Of a stretch of DNA of 12,314 nucleotides, positions 1-5,901 are shown piece by piece. The notes under the pieces were generated by a model, which saw only the letters and a program-made list of their open reading frames with translations, had not been told where the DNA came from and did no database searches. Position numbers and translations under genes: made by a program. Origin of the DNA: an uncultured Chloroflexia bacterium (GTDB lineage: Bacteria > Chloroflexota > Dehalococcoidia > DSTF01 > JALHUB01); NCBI GenBank assembly GCA_963726245.1, contig CAVSBT010000002.1, positions 1-12,314 on the forward strand. The letters are read 5' to 3'. The number at the start of each line of letters is the position of its first letter. The stretch's first letter is position 1.

Positions 1-51
1 GTCCCCCAGGGCGAGCAGGGAATCGCGTCCCAGGATTCGGTCCGTCTTCAT
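1..51 (-). CDS. Possible 5' end of a gene running off the left edge (MKTDRILGRDSLLALGD...)
   Basis: Minus-strand ATG at 51 preceded by purine-rich AGAGGGGTACAGG; open to the window edge. Only 17 codons are visible, so no product can be assigned. Confidence 0.3.
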   Translation of the reverse strand, partial: MKTDRILGRDSLLALGD

Positions 52-187
52 CCTGTACCCCTCTATTGCAACATTTCAGCCAGGCCAGCCACCGACCAGT
101 TCCCTCGGCGATGAAGCCCGCCGAAGAAGGGCAAACTCAGGCGGCGACCGGGAGGTCAGGCCGAACGAAGGCTAAGGCCGGCGCCAA

Positions 188-394
188 TCAGACGACGTCA
201 GGCAGCGGCCACTTCAGGTCGCAACTCAGGCAGCGAGCCTGGATCATCCGCTCGCCGCTCCAGTAGCTCAGGGTGAAGCTCTTGCCGCAACGGGGACACT
301 CCTGGTCCCCAATCTTCACCTGGCGCGGCGCCTTCGAGGCGCCTGCTCCTTGCCTGCGGGCTTCGCCAAGTGGCTGCTCAGAAGCGGCCGTCAT
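188..394 (-). CDS. Small zinc-ribbon protein (68 aa, CPRC...CLSC)
   Basis: Part of ORF 188..469. ATG at 394 has GGAGGAAGG just upstream and a TACAAT -10-like box further upstream; two CxxC pairs are spaced like a Zn ribbon. Confidence 0.6.
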   Translation of the reverse strand: MTAASEQPLGEARRQGAGASKAPRQVKIGDQECPRCGKSFTLSYWSGERMIQARCLSCDLKWPLPDVV

Positions 395-560
395 GACGCC
401 TTCCTCCGGCATGATTGTACACCAAACCACGGCTAGAAGCGCCAACCTGCCCCAGACACCTAGGGACACTGATCAACCGTCACCTAACCGACACCGAGCA
501 CCCCGCAATCACCGCCCCGCAGTCTCGTTCATAGATATGAGGCAGGACTACCATAGGGTC

Positions 561-1247
561 ATGACGCAGGCTGAACAGATTCTACAAAGAATCTGGCCCG
601 GCGAGGCGGGTCGACGCGTTTACGCCGTTCTCCGCGAGTGGTGCCGCGACCTGGACCAGCGCGACTCCTACAGCGGCGAGCACTCCACCCTGTCCACCCA
701 GTATGCCGTGATGCTGGCCCACCGACTGCGCCTTGACCCCAACACTGTGGCCGGGCTTTGGGTAGCAGGCCACGTCTACGACCTCGGAAAAATCGCCGTC
801 CCAGAAGAGCTCCTACGCCGTAGTGGCCCCCTTACCCCCGCAGAGATGGTGATGATGCGGACCCATGTCACGAGCGGCTACGGCATGGTGAAGGATTGGC
901 CTGTCCTTCGCTCCTCTCCTCGCTGGCTCTCGCGCCTCGTTTTCGAGGTCATCCTCCACCACCATGAGCGCTGGGACGGGACCGGCTATCCCACAGGCCT
1001 GAGGGGAGAGGATATCCCCCTGGGCGCCCGCGTTACGGCCATCACCGACGCCTTTTCCGCCATGATCCTGGACTCGCCGTACCGACAGGCCCGGGCCATC
1101 GAGGCCGCCCTGCGGGAACTGGAGACCCACGCCGGAAGCCAGTTCGACCCCTACATGATACCTCAGTTCGCAGCCCTGGTGCGCGTCATCGGCCGGGAGG
1201 GCTCCGCTTCGCGCCGCTCGCACAGTCGCAAAGACCTGGCTGCCTAG
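561..1247 (+). CDS. Stand-alone HD-GYP domain protein with a degenerate HD motif (YD)
   Basis: Motifs EHS, DLGK, RTH, HHERWDGTGYP, IPLGARV-AITDAF, PYR and GSQFDP are all typical of HD-GYP. Start at ATG 561 or 537; the 273-536 extension looks non-coding. Confidence 0.9.
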   Translation: MTQAEQILQRIWPGEAGRRVYAVLREWCRDLDQRDSYSGEHSTLSTQYAVMLAHRLRLDPNTVAGLWVAGHVYDLGKIAVPEELLRRSGPLTPAEMVMMRTHVTSGYGMVKDWPVLRSSPRWLSRLVFEVILHHHERWDGTGYPTGLRGEDIPLGARVTAITDAFSAMILDSPYRQARAIEAALRELETHAGSQFDPYMIPQFAALVRVIGREGSASRRSHSRKDLAA

Positions 1248-1289
1248 ACTTCGACCGCTTTCCAGGAGGCCTCACCTGCGAGTGTCGCC

Positions 1290-1313
1290 GGCGCCCGCCT
1301 TCGGGCAGGCGCC
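1290..1313 (+). terminator. GC hairpin with a cUUCGg tetraloop downstream of the HD-GYP gene
   Basis: GGCGCCCGCC-TTCG-GGCAGGCGCC (one mismatch); there is no strong U-tract. Confidence 0.35.
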
Positions 1314-1393
1314 CCTGTATCGACCGGCACGCAGTGAGCGACCGCAGCCGCGATTAGCTGTCCATGGTCTTCAGGGACAGCGAGGCTGCTTCG

Positions 1394-1402
1394 TGGTATA
1401 AT
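1394..1402 (+). promoter_or_regulatory. Extended -10 promoter (TG-G-TATAAT) for the Zn-ribbon gene at 1470
   Basis: Perfect TGnTATAAT, followed by a leader hairpin (GTCCCGGC...GCCGGGAC) and RBS GGAGGTGA before ATG 1470. Confidence 0.7.
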
Positions 1403-1469
1403 ATTATGTCAATAGACGTCCCGGCGTCTGCGCTGCCGTGCCGGGACGATGCGGAGGTGAGGGCTTCCA

Positions 1470-1684
1470 ATGGGGCTCTGGATCAAGGGCTGCCCCAAGT
1501 GCAAAGGCGACCTGTATAGCGACCGCGACATCATGGGCTACTACCGCCAGTGCCTACAGTGCGGCTACACGTTCTACGAACAGCGCCGCCGCCCGGTGCG
1601 AGCGCCGGCCTCCGGCCCCGTCCCCCGGGGGACGAAGGCGAGGGGCCCGGCGGGCCCAACCGCACCCTCTCCGAGGCCGCCTGA
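1470..1684 (+). CDS. Small zinc-ribbon protein (~71 aa, CPKC...CLQCG) with a probable 1-bp frameshift at C5G5 1622-1631
   Basis: MGLWIKGCPKCKGDLYSDRDIMGYYRQCLQCGY with a strong RBS. Adding one G at 1627-1631 gives ...GDEGEGPGGPNRTLSEAA-stop at 1684 and removes the 275-nt overlap of ORF 1470..2111 with DUF3090. Confidence 0.7.
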
Positions 1685-1836
1685 GCGGCCTCGCTCTTTC
1701 CCTGACTTTCTCACGGCACGCTGGCCCCGCCAGCCCGTACAACGGCTCCACGCGAAATCCCCGCCCAGGCCGACGCTGCCGCCCTTTTCGAGTAGAATAG
1801 GGAGCGATCGCGAGTTCCAGGCGCCGTCGGTGAGCT

Positions 1837-2364
1837 ATGGCCACTTACGACTTCGGGCCCGTGGACGCTCTGGACGCCGAGGCCATCGGCGTGCCAGGCA
1901 AGCGCACCTTCCGCATCCGGGCCTGGAAGGATCAGGCGACCGCTTCCCTCTGGTTGGAGAAGCAGCAGTTGCTGGCCCTTTCCCTGGCCCTGCGACAGGT
2001 GATGGCGCAATTGGGCCAGAACCCGCAGCCCAGGCCTCCGCCCAAACGGCCGTTCCCCGATCACCCCACCGTGGATATGAAGCTGGGGCGCCTGGCTTTG
2101 GGTCGCGATGAGGGCAGCGATCACCTCATCCTCTGGGCCCATGAGGCGGGCAGCAGCGAAGACGCGCCGCCGAACTTCAGTTGCCACTTCAACTGGGACC
2201 AAGCCCTGGCTTTCTGTGAGCGAGCAGAGGCTGTCTGCACCGCCGGTCGCCCAATCTGCCCCCTTTGCAGCGAACCCATCGACCCCGACGGCCACGTTTG
2301 CATACGCTCTAACGGCCACTCGCAGCAGGAGATCCCACCCCTCGAATCCGGCGAGAGCCCCTAG
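1837..2364 (+). CDS. DUF3090 family protein
   Basis: Recognisable motifs AIGxPGKRTF, LWLEKQQL and C-terminal AGRPICPLC..PIDPDGHVC.RSNGH; TAGAAT -10-like box near 1793. Confidence 0.88.
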   Translation: MATYDFGPVDALDAEAIGVPGKRTFRIRAWKDQATASLWLEKQQLLALSLALRQVMAQLGQNPQPRPPPKRPFPDHPTVDMKLGRLALGRDEGSDHLILWAHEAGSSEDAPPNFSCHFNWDQALAFCERAEAVCTAGRPICPLCSEPIDPDGHVCIRSNGHSQQEIPPLESGESP

Positions 2365-2367
2365 CCG

Positions 2368-2400
2368 AAGAGGTCCTCGTCGGCGAGCCGGGGCCTCTTT
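2368..2400 (+). terminator. Probable intrinsic terminator after DUF3090
   Basis: AAGAGGTCC (2368-2376) pairs with GGGCCTCTT (2391-2399), and the hairpin ends in a pyrimidine run immediately after the stop codon. Confidence 0.55.
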
Positions 2401-2402
2401 CC

Positions 2403-2432
2403 TTGACAGCCTGCAAAGGCCATCTCTATAAT
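2403..2432 (+). promoter_or_regulatory. Consensus sigma70/sigmaA promoter of tRNA-Ala
   Basis: TTGACA (2403-2408), 18-bp spacer, TATAAT (2427-2432), 10 nt before the tRNA. Confidence 0.9.
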
Positions 2433-2442
2433 CCTTTCACGT

Positions 2443-2518
2443 GGGGATATAGCTCAATTGGGAGAGCGCGGCGTTCGCATCGCCGAGGTCGGGGGTTCGA
2501 ATCCCCCTATCTCCACCA
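2443..2518 (+). tRNA. tRNA-Ala(CGC)
   Basis: Acceptor GGGGATA/TATCTCC with G3:U70, D arm GCTC/GAGC, anticodon stem CGGCG-TTCGCAT-CGCCG, T loop TTCGAAT, encoded ACCA end; 76 nt. Confidence 0.98.
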
Positions 2519-2537
2519 ACTGCAAGTCAGGCGTCAG

Positions 2538-2582
2538 AGGCTGGAGGTTGGACGGGTGACGGTCGCGTCCAGCCTCCAGCCT
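2538..2582 (+). repeat. 17-bp inverted repeat (hairpin) between tRNA-Ala and the first tRNA-Arg half
   Basis: AGGCTGGAGGTTGGACG (2538-2554) / CGTCCAGCCTCCAGCCT (2566-2582), one G:U pair, 11-nt loop, followed by TGCTTCT; either a terminator or a processing stem. Confidence 0.7.
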
Positions 2583-2601
2583 TGCTTCTGATCACCAGGG
2601 C

Positions 2602-2640
2602 GCCCCTGTAGCTCAGTCGGACAGAGCAGCGGTTTCCTAA
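2602..2640 (+). pseudogene. tRNA-Arg(CCT) 5' half, copy 1 (att-like junction)
   Basis: GCCCCTG TA GCTC AGTCGGACA GAGC A GCGGT TTCCTAA matches the intact tRNA at 5244 through the anticodon loop, then diverges; no T arm or 3' acceptor strand follows. Confidence 0.9.
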
Positions 2641-2814
2641 GTCGCCCCCGCTATACGCTGTAGCCCCAGCTTCTACGTCCCCACCTACACGCCCAAAGTT
2701 ATCTTGGCTATCGAACCCGGCCCACGTCTGCCTCTGGCGGTCGGTGGCCATCCTTTGGCCTGGCCACCGACCCGGCAGCGAGTATGGCTGCCACCACCCG
2801 CGCGTCGAGGGTCT
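2641..2814 (+). repeat. Conserved post-anticodon arm, copy 1
   Basis: Aligns with 4037-4206: by hand count 65/80 identical over the first 80 nt (ungapped) and 56/64 over the last 64 nt. Confidence 0.92.
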
Positions 2815-2853
2815 GCGACGGCTGCGAGAAGGTGGTCCCCTCACAGGATAACC

Positions 2854-2882
2854 TTGACCGGGGGAAGGCGTTTCCGTAGGGT
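2854..2882 (+). promoter_or_regulatory. Probable promoter of the DsbA-like cargo gene
   Basis: TTGACC (2854-2859), 17-bp spacer, TAGGGT (2877-2882). Confidence 0.45.
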
Positions 2883-3028
2883 AGAGGCAGTCTAACGTCG
2901 AGAGGGTAGGCAGAGGGAGCCGGTTCTTGTGTCGATGGGGGCATGAAGTGGCAGAACAACCTGATAAGCGAGGATCATCGCGCAGGCAGGCAGACTCAGC
3001 GAAAGGAAGCTCAAGTCAAGCAGCCAAC

Positions 3029-3795
3029 TTGAGGCTGCGCTTCTCGATAAGCCTGATCGTGGCCATCGCGGTCGTGGCGGCAGCAGCCGGCATGGGCTGT
3101 GGCGGCACGTCGGAGGACGTCGCAGCCCACGCCGGGGCACAGCCTACGCCGGGGCGCAGGCTACGCAGGGGACCGGGGGCACTCCCACGGCCGAGCCAAC
3201 CCCGAAGACCATCAACGATTGACCCGGGCGACAACCCCGCTAAGGGGCCGGCGGACGCAAAGGTCACAATCGTCGAGTTCTCCGACTTCCAGGGTCCAAA
3301 CTGTGGGAGCTTCGCTCAGCAGACCCTGCCGCAAATACTGGCGAACTACGGGGATAAGATCCGCTTTGTATTCATGAACGACCCCCTGAAGGGCAATACC
3401 TATGCCCAAAAGGCTGCGGAGGCGGGGGAGTGCGCAAATGCGCAGGGGTCCTTCTGGCAGTACCACGACTTGCTGTTCCAGAACCAGCAGGTCCTTACCA
3501 ACCTGCTTACCCCCGATCCAACGGCGGGGCCCACCAAGGTAGTCGAGAGCCTGAAGGGCTACGCGGCCCAGCTAGGGCTGGACACCGCTAAGTTCAATGA
3601 CTGCCTGGACTCGGGGAAGATGGCGAGCGCAGTGCAGGCGGACCAGCAAGTCGCGCAGAAGGCCATCCAAGATGCAGGGTTGACCAGCTTCCGCGGCATA
3701 CCGGCTTTCTTCATCAACGGCAACTATCTGGGCGGCGCCAGCCGTACGATGTCTTCAAGCAGCTGATCGACGCGGCGCTGGCGGCCGCCGGGTAG
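3029..3795 (+). CDS. DsbA/BdbD-family thioredoxin-fold lipoprotein with a GxxC active site; frameshifted
   Basis: GPADAKVTIVEFSDFQGPNC, AQKAAEAGECANAQGSFWQYHDLLF, GIPAFFING. Signal peptide MRLRFSISLIVAIAVVAAAAGMG-C from TTG 3029 (alternative GTG 2948). One missing C near 3738 restores the canonical end GAQPYDVFKQLIDAALAAAG-stop at 3795; further compensating indels lie in the Pro/Thr linker 3115-3218. Confidence 0.85.
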
Positions 3796-3950
3796 CAGCG
3801 GCGGAAGACCCCAACCGACGTAGAGACACCCGGCAGGTCGTGCTACTCCAGTACGGCCTTGGTGCCTCTGCCGGCTGACTTCTGCACGAGGCGCAGCCGG
3901 TGGGGGTACTAATATCGCATCCGTATCTGCCCGGCTCCCGGACCCCTGCT

Positions 3951-3997
3951 TCGCCTCATTCGCCGGTACCTGGCTGTGTGCTACACTGACTCGAGGC
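3951..3997 (+). promoter_or_regulatory. Conserved promoter arm upstream of tRNA half copy 2
   Basis: TTCGCC (3959-3964), 17 bp, TG-C-TACACT (3982-3987); 39/47 identical to 5197-5243. Confidence 0.75.
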
Positions 3998-4036
3998 GCC
4001 CCTGTAGCTGAGTCGGACAGAGGAGCGGTTTCCTAA
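3998..4036 (+). pseudogene. tRNA-Arg(CCT) 5' half, copy 2 (D stem decayed)
   Basis: 37/39 identical to copy 1; both differences (GCTC>GCTG, GAGC>GAGG) break D-stem pairs; ends at TTCCTAA. Confidence 0.9.
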
Positions 4037-4206
4037 GTCGGCCCCGCTATGCGCTGTAGCCTCAGGTTCCACGCCCCCAGCTAAACCCCAAAAGCTATCG
4101 TGTCTATCCAACGCGGCCCCCCTTTCCCTACGGCCGGTGGCGTCCTTTGGCCTGGCGACCGGACCGGGCGCCAGTATGGCTGCCACGACCCGCGCGTCAA
4201 GGGTCT
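4037..4206 (+). repeat. Conserved post-anticodon arm, copy 2
   Basis: Homologous to 2641-2814; both copies end at CGCGCGTCRAGGGTCT. Confidence 0.92.
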
Positions 4207-4297
4207 AGATACCTCCGGCACACGCCTCCGGCGCGCCCTTGACCCGCGGGTGTACAATACTTCCGTCCTCGCCACCCGTTGGACAGGGAGGTGCAAC

Positions 4298-5139
4298 ATG
4301 AAGCGGCGGCTAGGCACGGCAATAGTGGTTGGCCTGGCAATGGCGCTGCTGGCAGGCAGCGGCTCGTCAGTCTCGGCGCAGCCCGTGGCCAGCATCGCCC
4401 TCCCGGCACCCGGCACACTCAGCAGCTCTACCCCGGCTGCAACAACATCTCCCTCACGTTCCCCGACGGCACCCCCAGTCAGACCGTGGTGCAGGCGGTG
4501 ACGCCTGCCGGGACAGTGGAGACGCTCTGGCGCTTCAACGGGCCTCTGAACAAGTTCGAGGGTTTCTCTCCGGCCTTTCCCCAGGCCAGTGACCTGATGA
4601 GCGTCAACTTCCTGGACGCCGTGTGGTTCTGCATGAGCGCAGCGCCGGGGGCCACCTCGCCGCCGCTGCCCTCTCCCACACCGGCGTGGAGTTGCGTGTC
4701 GGCCCCTACGACATACCACAATGAGCAGTTTGGATTCGAGTTCCAGTACTGCAGCGGTGCACGCTCACGGACCAGTCCGAAGGAGCTCATGGCCCTGGTG
4801 GTGGCGAGGTCTACCTGTGGATCATCGTGGGCAGTCGTTTGGAGGTGTACGTGAGTGATTCGGGTGGACTGAGCCTCACGGACTACGTCAGCCAAGTGAC
4901 GGCACAGTTGGAAGCAGGAGGCGCTTCGATTGACTCCGTAACACCAGGTTGCTCCCGTCGGCGGTGCGGACGCGGTGACCGTACAGTACAGGTTTGGAGG
5001 CCTCGGCCGGTACGGCGAAGCGACCTACTTCCAGCGCAATGGCCTGGTCTACGATGTTGAATTCACTGCGGGAGCCTTCACTTGCAACGAGCCCCAAGTT
5101 TACACGGGGATACTGTCCACGTTCCGGTTTACGGAGTGA
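4298..5139 (+). CDS. Secreted two-domain protein (N-terminal LYPGCNNISL domain, Pro/Thr linker, PsbP/DcrB-like C-terminal domain); three frameshifts
   Basis: RBS GGAGGT, ATG 4298, signal peptide MKRRLGTAIVVGLAMALLAGSGSSVSA. Pieces join across frames near 4390, 4755 and 4955: ...TYHNEQFGFEFQY...RLEVYVSDSGGLSLTDYV...VGGADAVTVQYRF...NGLVYDVEF...ILSTFRFTE-stop at 5139. Confidence 0.72.
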
Positions 5140-5196
5140 TTGGCCTGGGCGCTCTCGCATCAAAGGTCCTCTTGGCAACACTATTCATGCGGCAGA

Positions 5197-5243
5197 TCGC
5201 CCGATTCGCTGCCACCTGGCCGTGTGCTACACTGACTCACGGC
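5197..5243 (+). promoter_or_regulatory. Conserved promoter arm upstream of the intact tRNA-Arg
   Basis: TTCGCT (5205-5210), 17 bp, TG-C-TACACT (5228-5233), 10 nt before the tRNA start. Confidence 0.8.
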
Positions 5244-5318
5244 GCCCCTGTAGCTCTAGGATAGAGCAGCGGTTTCCTAAACCGTTTGTCGCGGGTTCGA
5301 GTCCCGCCAGGGGCCCCA
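5244..5318 (+). tRNA. tRNA-Arg(CCT)
   Basis: Acceptor GCCCCTG/CAGGGGC, D arm GCTC-TAGGATA-GAGC, anticodon stem GCGGT-TTCCTAA-ACCGT, T arm GCGGG-TTCGAGT-CCCGC, then C-CCA; 75 nt. Confidence 0.95.
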
Positions 5319-5634
5319 TCTTTGGAGATCACAGGCCTGTTCCATTCGCCGAGGCCCTAGCCTGCCGACCCCCTTGTGCGGCCCTCGGGGCTCGCATACA
5401 ATGCCCACGAGACAGGAGGCTCGGCCTGCCCATTGTTAGGCGGGGCAAGGCGGGCCACATGCAGGGACGCTAGGGGTCGTGCGCCTCGAAACCACCAGCG
5501 GGGGACACGGCCCCACTTCATCTCCTGTTTGGCGCGGTCCATCCTTTCCGGCGGGCTTTCTGGGTGCAACTCGGGCCGTTCCGTAGGACAGGGAGCAAGC
5601 GTCTGGTCATCCCGCCTGGACACCCGGCTGTAAC

Positions 5635-5663
5635 TTGCTTGCTGACGTTATGTCACGTATAAT
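5635..5663 (+). promoter_or_regulatory. Sigma70-type promoter with a palindrome in the spacer
   Basis: TTGCTT (5635-5640), 17 bp, TATAAT (5658-5663); the spacer contains TGAC-GTTAT-GTCA (5643-5655). Confidence 0.75.
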
Positions 5664-5669
5664 GAGCCC

Positions 5670-5792
5670 GAGCCTTCGGAGTGGCTGAGGCAGGGATGCG
5701 GAAAGGCTCTCTTGAGGGTTCACCAGGCCGCCGGGCCCTCTCCCCGCCACCACAGGGCCTGGCGGCCCTTGTGGTGCCTCCAGCGAACCCTC
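5670..5792 (+). ncRNA. Candidate structured sRNA or 5' leader of unknown family
   Basis: Begins at the predicted TSS. Stems GAGCCTT/AAGGCTC (5670-5709) and GAGGGTTC/GAACCCTC (5714-5792); the latter encloses a 14-bp stem (5726-5739/5754-5767). Confidence 0.4.
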
Positions 5793-5901
5793 CGGCCAGC
5801 CTGCCGCCCCTAGTGACCGCCGCTAGCACAGACCTCTGGTCGGCCCATGACAGCGGGCATACAATCTGGACAGGGCTGTCCGTCTCCACGGGGGTTCGAG
5901 C

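Larger units (their letters stand above)
2641..4036 (+). mobile_element. Putative tRNA-Arg-targeted single-gene cassette 1 (1396 bp; DsbA-like lipoprotein cargo)
   Basis: Bounded by TTCCTAA at 2634-2640 and 4030-4036; organised as conserved arm, gene, promoter arm, tRNA 5' half, the same plan as cassette 2. No integrase inside. Confidence 0.65.
4037..5280 (+). mobile_element. Putative tRNA-Arg-targeted single-gene cassette 2 (1244 bp; secreted PsbP-like cargo)
   Basis: Bounded by TTCCTAA at 4030-4036 and 5274-5280; supplies the promoter and 5' half of the only intact tRNA-Arg. Confidence 0.65.

Noticed and set aside
125-185. c-di-GMP-I riboswitch near the HD-GYP gene (GGCAAAC motif)
   Set aside because: The downstream GACGCAAAG-type element and P2 receptor are absent.
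1307-1319. AGGCGCCCCTGTA matches the start of the tRNA-Arg copies (possible fourth att remnant)
   Set aside because: Only 12-13 GC-rich nt, part of a hairpin, with no D arm, anticodon loop or arm sequence following; probably chance.
1685-2111. Long C-terminal extension of ORF 1470..2111
   Set aside because: It overlaps DUF3090 out of frame and is explained by one missing G at 1627-1631.
2527-2844. Similar minus-strand ORFs at 2527..2844 and 3956..4186
   Set aside because: The similarity is just translation of the antisense tRNA half and arm repeat; frames are not preserved between the copies.
2639-2900. Group I intron interrupting tRNA-Arg(CCU), as known in some proteobacteria
   Set aside because: I find no P7 core (GACUA...UAGUC-type) motifs, and no tRNA 3' exon follows either truncated copy; instead a new promoter and 5' half recur.
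2602-5280. CRISPR array or integron attC array
   Set aside because: The repeats are tRNA-derived with 1.2-1.4 kb spacing; there are no cas genes, no intI and no RYYYAAC...GTTRRRY-bounded attC hairpins.
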